Notes: generated from the sequence alone by a model not told the origin. A stretch of 64,000 nucleotides of DNA from Desulfovermiculus sp. (GCA_034521385.1 JAXHMO010000022.1:61112-125111), one strand, 5' to 3'. Numbered from the stretch's first letter, positions 38,066 to 48,451 are shown. Program-made: numbers and translations.

Positions 38066-38731
38066 TTAGGGCTTGACCTTGATTTTTTGCCCCGGATAGA
38101 TCTCTGAAGACGGGGAGAGGTCATTCCAGGACCGCAACTGGTCCACGCTGACATCGAATTTGAGGCCGATTTGATACAGGTTGTCTCCCTTTTTCACCGT
38201 GTACGTGGATTCAGTTTCCTGATCAGAGGAGGTGCTTGTCCCTGAGCCCGAGGACGAGGCTGAGGACTGGGCGGCAATCTTGGATTGCAGAGCGGAGAAA
38301 TTGGAGTTGGCCTGTTTCTTAAATCGGGTGAAATCGTTATCCAGGTTTTGAAGCTGCATACCCAAGGCCTCTAAGGTCTGGCCTTGGTCATGTTCCGGCT
38401 GGCCCGGACCCCTTTCATCCATTTGAGAGGCCAACCGGGAAACTTTGTTTTCCAGGCTGTCCAGGCGGGCAATGACAGTTTCAAGGTCCGGAGAAGAACT
38501 GGGAGTGGAGGCCGATGAGGAAGGAGGGGGCGCTGATTCCTCGTCCTCTCCGCTGAGAAAAAGGGTCAAACCGAAAACCAGAAGTACGCCGGCCACTCCG
38601 GCGGCAATCCAGGGAAGATAAGGGGTTTGGCCCAAGTTGGAGAACCAATCGGCCAGGGAAAAGGAGCGTGGTTCTTTTTCCGACGGGGCTTCCAGGTCGT
38701 CCAGATCGTCAATCCATTTGTTTCGGCTCAT
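38066..38731 (-). CDS. LysM peptidoglycan-binding domain protein with TM and coiled region
   Basis: C-terminal YTVKKGDNLYQIGLKFDVSVDQLRSWNDL...PGQKIKV. Confidence 0.8.
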   Translation of the reverse strand: MSRNKWIDDLDDLEAPSEKEPRSFSLADWFSNLGQTPYLPWIAAGVAGVLLVFGLTLFLSGEDEESAPPPSSSASTPSSSPDLETVIARLDSLENKVSRLASQMDERGPGQPEHDQGQTLEALGMQLQNLDNDFTRFKKQANSNFSALQSKIAAQSSASSSGSGTSTSSDQETESTYTVKKGDNLYQIGLKFDVSVDQLRSWNDLSPSSEIYPGQKIKVKP

Positions 38732-38766
38732 AGTTAGATCCTCGGCATGCAAGGGATGGTTTTAGG

Positions 38767-39696
38767 TTATCTATCGGATTGGGAAGTGATCTCCTGTAAG
38801 GCCTGGTCAATATCTTCATATATAAAGGTAAATTCTCGACTGAGCAAGACCTCCGGTTTGACCCCTTGGCCTTTGCTCAGCATGGAGGCCAACTCACCGA
38901 AGCGGAGCCGCAAGGCAAATTTCGGTACGGGCAAGACCGCCGGACGGTTGACGGCCTGGGCCAAGGCCTGGGTAAACCGGACATTGGTTATGATCTGCGG
39001 AGAACAGACGTTGACCGGGCCATGTATGGACTGATCGGTGAGAGCCAATTCCAAAGCCCGGACCAAATCCTGGATATGCACCCAGGGGAAGGGCTGGCGT
39101 CCACTGCCTATTTTCCCCCCCAGTCCTTTCCGAAATACGGGCAATACAAGCTGGAGCATACCTTCCCCGGCAGCCAGGACCGGGGCGAATCTGGTCACCA
39201 CCACCCGAGCACCCAAAGAGGAAGCCCGCATGGCTTCTTCCTGCCAGTCGGCGCAGACTTGAGCCAGGAAATGATCTCCGGCCGGTCCGGTTTCGTCAAA
39301 GACCTCGGTGTCGGAAAAGGGATAATAGCCCACGGCATTGGCGTTGATCAAAACCGGCTTGTCCTCTGGGGCCATGTTTTGGCGGGCCTTTTCCACCGCT
39401 TGGACGGCCATTCGGGTGGATTGAAGTCTGGATTCCCGGATTTCTTTTTTTACCTTAGGCGTCCACCGGGCCATGATATTTCTGCCCACCAGATTGATGA
39501 CGGCCTGGCATCCGGCCGCTTCTTCCTGCCATGCCCCGGGCTGCATGGGATCTCCAATCACAAGGGATACGTTCTTCTGCTCCATTTCCGGCCGCGATTT
39601 GCGGCTGAGAACCAGGAGTTCATGCCCAAGCTGAGTGAGGTGAGAAATCAAATGCCGGCCGATGAAACCGGTGCCGCCGAGCAAGAGTATGCGCAT
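38767..39696 (-). CDS. TIGR01777-family NAD-dependent epimerase-like protein (YfcH/DUF1731)
   Basis: MRILLLGGTGFIGRHL Rossmann motif and a C-terminal DUF1731-like region. Confidence 0.85.
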   Translation of the reverse strand: MRILLLGGTGFIGRHLISHLTQLGHELLVLSRKSRPEMEQKNVSLVIGDPMQPGAWQEEAAGCQAVINLVGRNIMARWTPKVKKEIRESRLQSTRMAVQAVEKARQNMAPEDKPVLINANAVGYYPFSDTEVFDETGPAGDHFLAQVCADWQEEAMRASSLGARVVVTRFAPVLAAGEGMLQLVLPVFRKGLGGKIGSGRQPFPWVHIQDLVRALELALTDQSIHGPVNVCSPQIITNVRFTQALAQAVNRPAVLPVPKFALRLRFGELASMLSKGQGVKPEVLLSREFTFIYEDIDQALQEITSQSDR

Positions 39697-39812
39697 GGCC
39701 GTATCTCCTGGGGTATGGTCACGGAGCAGATCAAAAAGATTTTGTTCCCAAATATCCTATCTGTTTTTGAGCTGCAGCTCAAGGGGGTTAGATGGTCCCT
39801 TCTTGAGATCAC

Positions 39813-40082
39813 CTATGACACGTCTCTCTTGGATTCCTTAAGGACATGCAAGGCCACGTCAAAGTCGTAGAGCTGCAAGGGATCGTTTCCGTTTCGCCGG
39901 TTGTACATCTCAGCTGCCTGGCGTACCGCCTCATAGCTCAGCCAGCCGTGTTCAGCCCATAATTTTGCATCTTTGTCGTTGTGCAGTCTGAACTCAATAA
40001 CCTCTTGATTCTCTCGGACGTACATGCGGATGGATTTGTGTCCCGGAAGGGGATAATAATACACCCCATATGTGTCTTGCAT
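39813..40082 (-). CDS. Hypothetical protein (89 aa)
   Basis: ORF in an operon context. No family recognised. Met at 40082 chosen to avoid overlap with the upstream gene. Confidence 0.5.
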   Translation of the reverse strand: MQDTYGVYYYPLPGHKSIRMYVRENQEVIEFRLHNDKDAKLWAEHGWLSYEAVRQAAEMYNRRNGNDPLQLYDFDVALHVLKESKRDVS

Positions 40083-40092
40083 GGCAAATACC

Positions 40093-41178
40093 CTAGGTTT
40101 CGGTTGAAGATGATGCAGGTGGGCCTTCATGCCTGGAATGTCTGGGCCAGGCCTTGAGGATGGCGTGAACCAGGGTGGCTAAAGGAATGGCGAAAAATAC
40201 TCCCCAGAAGCCCCATAACCCCCCGAAGACTAATATTCCAATGATAATGGCCACCGGGTGCAGATTGACGATTTCGGACATAAGCAAAGGAGCCAGGAGG
40301 TTACCGTCAATGAGCTGGATGATTAGATAAGCGATGACTGTGTACAGGAATTGAGGGTCCAGGCCCCACTGGAAATAGGCCACCAAAGCTACAGGGATGG
40401 TCATTATGGTGGCTCCGACATAGGGGATTATCACTGAAATCCCGATCAGAAAACTAAGCAGGACGGAGAAACGCAGGCCTAAGAGCATGAAGGTCAGGTA
40501 ACTGCCGATCCAAACAATGACAATTTCCCATAATTTGCCCTGGATGAACTTGGCTGTCTTGTGATTGACTTCTTTCCATATCTCATGGGTCAGCCCCATG
40601 TCCTGGGGCAGAAGAAAACGGAAAAAAGCGAGGATCTTGTCTTTGTCCTTGATGAAGAAAAAGACCATGATGGGAACCAGGATGCTGTAAATGAGCACAT
40701 TGATGAAGCCTTTGACCGAGGCCAAAGAAATGGACAGGATCTCCTGACCCAGGCGGGTCATTTGGTTGGCTATGGTCTCGGTGAGGTGATTGATTTGATT
40801 TTGAGTCACAAACCGGGGATAGCGCTCCGGTAAATGCTGCAATTCATTTTGCCAGGAGGTGATCATGGCCGGCAGGTCCTGGACGAATAAGGCGATCTGC
40901 TTGGTTAGCTGAGGGAGCAATCCAATCAAGAGATAGGTGAAGACCAGGAGGAAGAGGATAAAGACGATGTACACGGCCAGACGCCTGGGCACTTTACGTT
41001 GTTCCAGGGCTTGGACCACGCTCTCCAAAAGATAAGCCAGGACCAGGCTGACAATGACCGGGGTCAGGTATTGGCCAACGGTCATGAAGGTGCCCGAGAT
41101 TATGGCCAGGATGATCAGGAGGATGACCAACTGGGGTTCGGCGAAGGTGCGTTTGAACCAGTTGACGATGATGTTCAT
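40093..41178 (-). CDS. AI-2E family transporter (PerM/UPF0118)
   Basis: Polytopic membrane protein of about 360 aa with the typical AI-2E layout. Confidence 0.85.
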   Translation of the reverse strand: MNIIVNWFKRTFAEPQLVILLIILAIISGTFMTVGQYLTPVIVSLVLAYLLESVVQALEQRKVPRRLAVYIVFILFLLVFTYLLIGLLPQLTKQIALFVQDLPAMITSWQNELQHLPERYPRFVTQNQINHLTETIANQMTRLGQEILSISLASVKGFINVLIYSILVPIMVFFFIKDKDKILAFFRFLLPQDMGLTHEIWKEVNHKTAKFIQGKLWEIVIVWIGSYLTFMLLGLRFSVLLSFLIGISVIIPYVGATIMTIPVALVAYFQWGLDPQFLYTVIAYLIIQLIDGNLLAPLLMSEIVNLHPVAIIIGILVFGGLWGFWGVFFAIPLATLVHAILKAWPRHSRHEGPPASSSTET

Positions 41179-41191
41179 GTTCGATGCCGAT

Positions 41192-43030
41192 CTATATTAT
41201 GCCGTGTAAGGGTTGGCCTGGGGCACCTAAGGCATCCACCCGTTTTTCCACTTCCGGGTCCGGTTCCAAGGGCGGGGCGTGGTAGGTCTTGAGTCTCGCG
41301 TCGATGATCAACGTGTTGTTACAGCCCCAATGCTTGGCATGGGTAAAGGCCCCGAGTCCGTATGTATCCGTGGCCGGATCGGAGCGGGTGAAGGTCACCC
41401 ACAGGAAGTTATCCCAGGTTGCGGTGGCAAAAGAACTGTCATCAACTACCACCAACAAGGGGACGCTTTCAAGTCCGGCTTGTCCGGTCAAGTCTTGGGC
41501 CAAGGCATGCATCACTGGATCTTGGGAATCCCGGGGCTGCTCGTGCCTTGGTCCTTGCAAGAGCATGATCCCCGAGGCGAACAGAGCTGGGGCCTTGAAT
41601 TCTGAAGGTAAAGCGATCTCCGGCAGCTGCTGAGCCAATTCTCTCTTGGGGCTGCCTGCGGCGGCCAGAATGGCCTTTGAGCCTTGATTCAGGCTGATCC
41701 CGGAGTAATCCAAAGTATCCATGGTGGTCCGGGTGATGAAGTGCAGGTCCCGGGTCCAATCTACCCGGAGCAAGAAGTGGTGAAAGAAATCCGGGATGTT
41801 GTGGGCAGTCAGCCGGGAATCGTCCTCCCGAGCGGCGATGATGATATATTTGGATAATGCGGTTTGGGTGTTGCCTAACAAGGCGTGGGCGTTGGTCAGC
41901 AGCTCCTGGGGCATGCGGTCCCGGGTAAAGGGAACGTAGCGTTCGCTGCCCACGGCCAGGAGCAGGGGATGGACCCCGGCCTGATCCACTGCGTGGACTT
42001 CATGCAGCCCGGGAAAGACCGAAGGGACCAAGGGGGCAACCAGGTCGTGGATGAAGGAACCGATGATCGAGTCCTCCTGGGGAGGACGGCCGACGGTGGT
42101 AAAGGGCCATATGGCCCCGGGCCGGTGCCAGACCCGTTCAACCCGGAGCACGGGGAAATCGTGGGCCAAACTGTAGTAGCCCAGGTGATCCCCGAAAGGA
42201 CCCTCGGGTCGGAGGTCATGGGGAAAGACCTGCCCGCAGATGCAAAAATCGGCTTCGGCCGGGACCGGCAGTCCGTTGGGGCCGGTCACCAGGGGAATGC
42301 GCTTTCCAGTCAAGGCCCCGGCCAGATAGAGTTCCGGGATCCCCTCCGGCAAAGGCATGACTGCGGCTAAGGTCATGGCTGGAGGGCCGCCGACAAATAC
42401 GTTGACCGGCAGGGGCTCGTTCCGGGCCAGGGCCTGGCTGTGATGGGATCCGATGCCCCGGTGGATCTGGTAGTGCAATCCAGCTTCCCTCTGAGGGTCA
42501 AAATCCTTCCCGCTGATCTGGATCCTGTACATACCCAGGTTAGAGGATCGGATTCCCGGGCGATCCGGACTTTCAGAGTAGACCTGGGGCAAAGTGATAT
42601 ACGCCCCCCCGTCTTGTGGCCAGGATACGAGTTGGGGCAGGTCGCTGAGCCTGGCGGTTGTCAACTGGATGGAGCCCCTGGCTACTCGACGGGGACGAAC
42701 GGTCCACAGGGCCTTGGGCAGCTTGGGGACCAAACCCAAATTCTTAAAAAGAAACCACGGGTCGGCTTTGATTTGAAACAGGCCCTGGATGGCGGCCAAA
42801 GTATCCCGGAAAATGAATTCCAAGCGCTGCCGGGTACCGAAGAGATTCCCCAGCATGGGGAAGGAACTCCCCTTGACCTGGGTAAAGAGAAGGGCCGGGC
42901 CGTTGGCCTGAAAGACCCGGCGCTGAACTGCCCCGGCCTCCAGGTAGGGGTCGATTTCCGGGTCCAACCGGATGAGGTGGCCTGTGGCCTCCAGATCCTG
43001 GACGCATTGCGCGAGATTGGCATAGCCCAT
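41192..43030 (-). CDS. UbiD-family decarboxylase
   Basis: N-terminal DLEATGHLIRLDPEIDP...PALLFTQVKGSSFPMLGNLFGT and full-length UbiD-like similarity. Confidence 0.88.
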   Translation of the reverse strand: MGYANLAQCVQDLEATGHLIRLDPEIDPYLEAGAVQRRVFQANGPALLFTQVKGSSFPMLGNLFGTRQRLEFIFRDTLAAIQGLFQIKADPWFLFKNLGLVPKLPKALWTVRPRRVARGSIQLTTARLSDLPQLVSWPQDGGAYITLPQVYSESPDRPGIRSSNLGMYRIQISGKDFDPQREAGLHYQIHRGIGSHHSQALARNEPLPVNVFVGGPPAMTLAAVMPLPEGIPELYLAGALTGKRIPLVTGPNGLPVPAEADFCICGQVFPHDLRPEGPFGDHLGYYSLAHDFPVLRVERVWHRPGAIWPFTTVGRPPQEDSIIGSFIHDLVAPLVPSVFPGLHEVHAVDQAGVHPLLLAVGSERYVPFTRDRMPQELLTNAHALLGNTQTALSKYIIIAAREDDSRLTAHNIPDFFHHFLLRVDWTRDLHFITRTTMDTLDYSGISLNQGSKAILAAAGSPKRELAQQLPEIALPSEFKAPALFASGIMLLQGPRHEQPRDSQDPVMHALAQDLTGQAGLESVPLLVVVDDSSFATATWDNFLWVTFTRSDPATDTYGLGAFTHAKHWGCNNTLIIDARLKTYHAPPLEPDPEVEKRVDALGAPGQPLHGII

Positions 43031-43032
43031 TG

Positions 43033-43425
43033 TTACAGGGGATCGACGTAAATGTCGCGTTTATTGATTTTGGTGGCCAAGCGCCGTTTAAGCCACTCCC
43101 GAAAGGCGTGCCTGCTGGGGGGAAAGAGGAGGAGGAGACCGCATATATCGGTTAAGAATCCCGGTGTGAGGAGGACGGCACCGGAGGCAAAAATGATCAA
43201 GGCGTCGATAAGGTCGTCAGTGGGCATGATGCCGCGGTCCAGGCTGGTCCGAATGTGCAGGAGAGTGCGGGTGCCCTCCATCCGGGCCAAATAGGCCCCG
43301 ACCACAGCGGTGAGGATGGCGATACCAATGGTGTTCATCACCCCGATGACTCCGCTGAGTTTGATCAGGAGGGTCAGTTCAATCAGGGGGATAAGGATAA
43401 AAGCTAATAATAATTTGACAAACAC
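43033..43425 (-). CDS. fxsA: FxsA family membrane protein
   Basis: (V)FVKLLLAFILIPLIELTLLIKLSGVIG... A GTG start at 43425 is preceded by GAGGG. Confidence 0.8.
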   Translation of the reverse strand: MFVKLLLAFILIPLIELTLLIKLSGVIGVMNTIGIAILTAVVGAYLARMEGTRTLLHIRTSLDRGIMPTDDLIDALIIFASGAVLLTPGFLTDICGLLLLFPPSRHAFREWLKRRLATKINKRDIYVDPL

Positions 43426-43474
43426 GAGGTTTTTCCCTCTTTTCCTGATAGGTGCCCAATGCGGCGATCTCTTG

Positions 43475-43744
43475 TTACAGGGAAATGACTCCTTGAACCT
43501 GAGCTGCGGCTTGATACACGGCCACCACCTCATCGCTGGAACTGACCGTACATCTGGCGGTGACACTCATATACCGCCCGTAGCGCGAGGGCCGGGTGTG
43601 CAATTCATCCCTGGATTCAAAGAGGTCCAGGATCTTTTGGGTTTGATTCAGGGGGACAATGAACTTAAACATGTAGGTGCAGGGCCATTGATGGTGTTCA
43701 TCCAGTCGTTGCTTGAATTGCTGCGTTGATGTGTTCGGGGACAT
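43475..43744 (-). CDS. DUF493 (YbeD-like) protein
   Basis: WPCTYMFKFIVP motif. 89 aa. Confidence 0.7.
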   Translation of the reverse strand: MSPNTSTQQFKQRLDEHHQWPCTYMFKFIVPLNQTQKILDLFESRDELHTRPSRYGRYMSVTARCTVSSSDEVVAVYQAAAQVQGVISL

Positions 43745-43836
43745 GGAAAATCCTTACCGGAATCAAATACGGATTGAATGAAAAACAAAAAGAATATAGG
43801 ACATTCCTGCCCGGTTTGGCAACCGGACCCCGAATG

Positions 43837-44031
43837 AGCCAGGGCTCTTGGGTTCTGCTTTCCATTTTCAATAATTTCAGTTGATTTGCTAGCTTGGTGC
43901 CAGAGACCTCCTTTAAGTGCATTTCCAAAGGAACATATCCGCAAGAATCGGCCATTTGCAAGCTGAACACTGAACACTGAACACTGAAACCTGAACACTC
44001 CTGGCAACTTACACCTGAGAACAAAATTACC
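43837..44031 (-). repeat. Mosaic element G-F-H-H'-L (inverted orientation)
   Basis: Heptamers (CTGAACA)x3, CTGAAAC and CTGAACA at 43964-43998. The 43837-43877 segment is about 80% identical to 23097-23137. Confidence 0.8.
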
Positions 44032-44098
44032 GTGTGGGCTTGCCGGTTTGAGTTGATATTACAGATGTGCTCAAGGTGAAATTGATACCAAAGTATTT

Positions 44099-45622
44099 AT
44101 GGACAAAACGACATCGGAAATAGCCGGACATGCCACCACTGTCGCCGGAGCAACTCTGCTTAGCCGCATTCTGGGCTTTGCTCGGGATCTGATCGTGGCC
44201 TTTGCCTTGGGGGCCGGTCCCTTGGCCGACGCTTTCTTTGTGGCCTTTCGTCTGCCCAACCTCCTGCGTCGTTTGTTTGCCGAGGGGTCTTTGACCATGG
44301 CCTTTGTCCCGGTATTCACCAAGATCCGGCACGACCAGGGCATGGAAGAGGCCCAGAGTATGGCCCGTTCCACCCTGGTCTGGTTGGTCATGGTCTTAGG
44401 GGTGATTACCGCCCTGGCCCTGGTTGGAGCCAGGCCCTTGACCATGATCATCGCTCCGGGGTTTGCCCAGGATCCCCAATTGTTGGATGCGGCCGTGCAT
44501 CTGGTCCGGATCTGCTTTCCTTATATCCTGTTCATCTCGGCCGTGGCCCTGAGTATGGGGGTGCTCAACTCCCTGGGGCACTTTCTGGCCCCGGCTTTGG
44601 CTCCTTGTTTTTTGAATATTACTTTGATTCTGGCCGCTTTGATCGGTGTCTGGGCCGATCTGTCCGTTCCCCTCTGCCTGGCTTGGGGGGTTCTGGCGGC
44701 CGGGCTGCTCCAATGGCTGACCCAACTGCCGGCCCTGCATGCCCGGGGTATGGTCTGGAGGGGGGATTGGAGACTTGGACATTTTGGGGTGAAAAGGGTG
44801 GCCACTCTTATGCTGCCCACGGTTTTCGGGGCCGCTGTCTATCAACTGAATGTGGTTTTAAATACGGCTTTGGCCTCTTTCTTGGCCCAGGGGAGTATAT
44901 CCTTTCTGTATTACGCTGATAGGTTGGTCCAGTTTCCCTTGGGTGTTTTCGGACTGGCGGTGAGCACAGCTGCATTGCCCAGCCTTTCGGCTTTGTTGGC
45001 CCAAGGCCACAAGCCGGAGTTTGTGCATACCCTGCAGGCCACGGTCAACCTGCTTCTGTTTATAAGTTTGCCGGCCACGGCCGGTCTCATCGCTCTGAAT
45101 CTGCCCATGGTAGACGTTTTGTTTGGCCGGGGGGCCTTTGATTCTACCGCTGTACAGGCCACGGCCAGCGCCCTTGCCGGTTATGCCTTGGGGTTGCCTG
45201 CATTTTGCGCTGTCCGCTCCCTGGTTTCGGCCCTTTACTCCCTGGAAGATACCCGCAGTCCGGTCTGGGCGGCAATTGTAAGCTTAAGTGTCAATCTGGC
45301 CCTGGGCTTGAGCCTGATGCAGGTTTGGGCTCATGTCGGACTGGCCCTGGCCGTATCCCTGGCCTCCTGGGCCAATGTTTTCCTCCTGGGCCGAGCCTTG
45401 CACCGCCATGTGGGACGATGGTTTACGCTTCAGTCCTCTTTAGGGTGGATGGTGGCTTTAAGCTGTGTCTTGGGCCTGGGGTGCAGTTTGAGCGCTTCCT
45501 GGGGCTGGCTCAGCCTCGTGGGCATTCCGATCTGGGCTGGGGCATACCTGGTCGCGGCTCAGCTGCTGCATATACCGGAGGCTGATATGGTCCTGTCTGT
45601 GCTGCGACGGAAAGTGGGATGA
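44099..45622 (+). CDS. murJ: Lipid II flippase MurJ
   Basis: LLSRILGFARDLIVAFALGAGPLADAFFVAFRLPNLLRRLFAEGS. Confidence 0.93.
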   Translation: MDKTTSEIAGHATTVAGATLLSRILGFARDLIVAFALGAGPLADAFFVAFRLPNLLRRLFAEGSLTMAFVPVFTKIRHDQGMEEAQSMARSTLVWLVMVLGVITALALVGARPLTMIIAPGFAQDPQLLDAAVHLVRICFPYILFISAVALSMGVLNSLGHFLAPALAPCFLNITLILAALIGVWADLSVPLCLAWGVLAAGLLQWLTQLPALHARGMVWRGDWRLGHFGVKRVATLMLPTVFGAAVYQLNVVLNTALASFLAQGSISFLYYADRLVQFPLGVFGLAVSTAALPSLSALLAQGHKPEFVHTLQATVNLLLFISLPATAGLIALNLPMVDVLFGRGAFDSTAVQATASALAGYALGLPAFCAVRSLVSALYSLEDTRSPVWAAIVSLSVNLALGLSLMQVWAHVGLALAVSLASWANVFLLGRALHRHVGRWFTLQSSLGWMVALSCVLGLGCSLSASWGWLSLVGIPIWAGAYLVAAQLLHIPEADMVLSVLRRKVG

Positions 45623-45632
45623 GGAGGTGGCC

Positions 45633-46361
45633 ATGGCTAATACGGTCTCCACCGCTAGGGCCGACTTCCCCACCGGGCTTATCCAGCCGGAAAATGGATT
45701 TCGCTTTGGACTGGACTCCTTGCTCTTAGCCAGCTCGGTTCCAGTAAAACCAGACGCCAAGGTCCTGGATGTGGGCACTGGATGCGGGGTGGTGGGCCTG
45801 GGTCTGTGTTTGGTGAACATGGACAAACACCCCCGGGTGCTGGGTGTGGACTGCGAGCCGGATATGCTGCAGGCGGCCGAAAAAAATGCATGCAAACTAG
45901 GGCTGGAACATATGTTTCAGGTTCGAGGGCTGGATGTGCGAAACATTCGGTCTTGTCCGGACATTCAGGCCGGAAGCTTTGATCTGGTGGTCTGTAATCC
46001 ACCCTACCGGCAGGTGATCCAGGGGAGACAGCCCCGGGATGAAGGCAGACGGCGAGCCTGTTTCGAGTATACAACGGAGTTGTCCGACTTTTTGCGGGCC
46101 GCGGCCTACGGGGTTAAAAACAGAGGCCGGGTGGGATTGGTCTACTGGGCCGATAGGCTCTCGGTTGTGCTTTCTACCTTGGGCCAATGTCAGCTGGAAC
46201 CCAAACAAGTGCGTATGGTGCACCCTTCTCCCACAACTCCGGCCAATCTGGTCCTTATTAAAGCTGTGAAAAAAGCTCGGCCCGGTTTGCAGGTGGATCC
46301 TCCTTTGTTTCTTGACCATCCAGATCAAGTGACCTCCTTTTGTCCGCTATTGCCCAGATAG
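45633..46361 (+). CDS. Class I SAM-dependent methyltransferase (YfiC/tRNA m6A37-like)
   Basis: DVGTGCGVVGL and VCNPPY motifs. GAGGAGG lies 6 nt upstream of the ATG at 45633. Confidence 0.8.
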   Translation: MANTVSTARADFPTGLIQPENGFRFGLDSLLLASSVPVKPDAKVLDVGTGCGVVGLGLCLVNMDKHPRVLGVDCEPDMLQAAEKNACKLGLEHMFQVRGLDVRNIRSCPDIQAGSFDLVVCNPPYRQVIQGRQPRDEGRRRACFEYTTELSDFLRAAAYGVKNRGRVGLVYWADRLSVVLSTLGQCQLEPKQVRMVHPSPTTPANLVLIKAVKKARPGLQVDPPLFLDHPDQVTSFCPLLPR

Positions 46362-46398
46362 ATGCGAGTGCAAAAACTGTTTATGCACTTGCCAGAGG

Positions 46399-46601
46399 TC
46401 AGCCTTGCCTCCGGCAAGTCTGACATATTTTTGGGCCAAAGCGCGCAAAAAAGGGGTTTGCCGGTTTGATCGAGAATGAAACTGGCAAAGAGGCAGGGCC
46501 CGGCACTCACTTACAATGATATTTTATATAGATTACAGCAGGCTGTGTTCCGTGTTCAGTGTTCAGCATAACAACAAAGGATTCCTGAGAATAAAATTAC
46601 C
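46399..46601 (+). repeat. Mosaic repeat block B-C-D-E(left arm only)-F-inverted G
   Basis: B at 46399-46423 (variant with a compensatory pair), D at 46456-46489, E at 46496-46512, and GTGTTCC GTGTTCA GTGTTCA at 46545-46565. Confidence 0.85.
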
Positions 46602-46734
46602 GTGCGTGGGATGAGGCCGCGGCTTGCAATCGGATAAAATTCAGGACACCATATTCAGTCGTCCGCACCTGGTGGTTCTGGGTGTGGGGATTTTTTGTAT
46701 CCATACCAAATCCACGATTTATGAGGAGATGCGC

Positions 46735-48314
46735 ATGGAAGCTCATTTGAAGTCATACGGTTTGGCTAATGTGGGTGAAGTTCACCATAATCTGACCACT
46801 TCCGCCCTGTACGAAAAAGCTGTCTGCAGACAGGAAGGAAATATAGCCCACCTTGGTCCCTTGGTGGTCAGGACCGGAAACTATACCGGCCGTTCTCCCA
46901 ACGACAAGTTTATTGTCCAGGAGCCAAGTTCAGAGGAACATATCTGGTGGGGGCCGGAGAATAAGCCGTTTGAGCCGGAAAAATTCGAGAGGATCTACGC
47001 CCGATTGACCGCCTACTTGCAGGGCAAATCCATCTATGTGCAGGACTGCTTCGCTGGGGCGGACAAAAGATACCATATACCCATCCGGGTGATCACCGAA
47101 GAGGCCTGGCACAGTCTTTTTGCCCGCAATCTATTCATTCAAGTCAAGGACGGCCAGGAATTGGAGGAACACTTTCCGGAATTCACCATCATCGCTGCCC
47201 CCAGGTTTCATGCCATGCCGGAGATGGACGGCACCAATTCCGAGGCCTTTATTCTGGTCCATTTCGGGCGGAGATTGATCTTGATCGGCGGGACCAGCTA
47301 TGCCGGAGAGATCAAGAAATCGGTCTTCACTGTGCTCAACTATCTCTTGCCCCAGCAATCGGTTTTGGGCATGCACTGCTCGGCCAATTTGGGTGTGGAT
47401 GGCGACAGCGCCCTGTATTTCGGTCTGTCTGGAACAGGGAAGACCACCCTGTCCACGGTGGCCGACCGACGTTTGATCGGTGACGACGAGCACGGATGGA
47501 ATGATCAGGGCATCTTTAATTTCGAAGGCGGTTGTTATGCCAAGGTCATCCGTCTGTCCAAAGAAGCGGAACCAGAGATCTACGAATGCACCCGTAAATT
47601 TGGCACAGTTCTGGAAAATGTCTATCTGGACATGGACAACAGGCGTTTGGACCTGGATGATGACTCCCTGACCGAGAATACCCGAGCGGCCTATCCCATG
47701 TCCCATATCCCCAATGCCATCCGTAAAGGGGTGGGGCCGCATCCCAGAAATATCTTCATGTTGGCTGCAGATGCTTTTGGGGTCTTGCCCCCTATCTCCA
47801 AGCTGACTCCGGAACAAGCCATGTACCATTTTATGTCCGGGTACACGGCCAAGCTGGCCGGAACCGAACGGGGGATCACCTCACCCAAGGCCACCTTCAG
47901 TACCTGTTTCGGGGCTCCGTTCATGGCCCTGCATCCCAAGGTGTACGCCGACTTGCTCCGGGAAAAGATCTCCCAGCATAAGGTCGACTGTTGGCTGGTG
48001 AACACTGGGTGGACTGGAGGGGCCTATGGCCAAGGTGGACGTATGCCCATTCAGTATACCCGGGCCATGATTCGAGCAGCTCTCCAGGGGAGTCTGCGGA
48101 AAAGGGAATATATTCAGGAGCCTGTCTTCGGGCTCTATGTCCCCAAAACCTGTCCGGCCGTGCCGGCTGAGATCCTGTGGCCCAGAACCACCTGGAAGGA
48201 TGAAGACGCCTATGATCAGAAAGGGCGGGAACTGGCCGAGCTGTTTCGGGCCAATTTTGAGCAGTTCCAGGACCAAGTGGACCAAGAGGTGCTTCAGGCC
48301 GGGCCGCGTGTTTA

Positions 48315-48315
<1 letters not shown>
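46735..48315 (+). CDS. pckA: Phosphoenolpyruvate carboxykinase (ATP)
   Basis: GLSGTGKTTLS kinase-1a motif and full-length PckA similarity. GAGGAG lies 6 nt upstream of the ATG at 46735. Confidence 0.93.
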
Positions 48316-48412
<97 letters not shown>

Positions 48413-48451
48413 GAGACAGCTGAAACACCATATTCTTCTTAAGGAAGCTGT

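Noticed and set aside
46624-46734. N-terminal extension of pckA from TTG at 46624. Similar extensions occur at 24087-24179 for mltA, 52381-52518 for the DUF151 gene and 56021-56056 for tolB.
   Set aside because: The extensions lack homology-like sequence and overlap repeats or upstream genes. Internal ATGs with SD motifs and canonical N-termini fit better.
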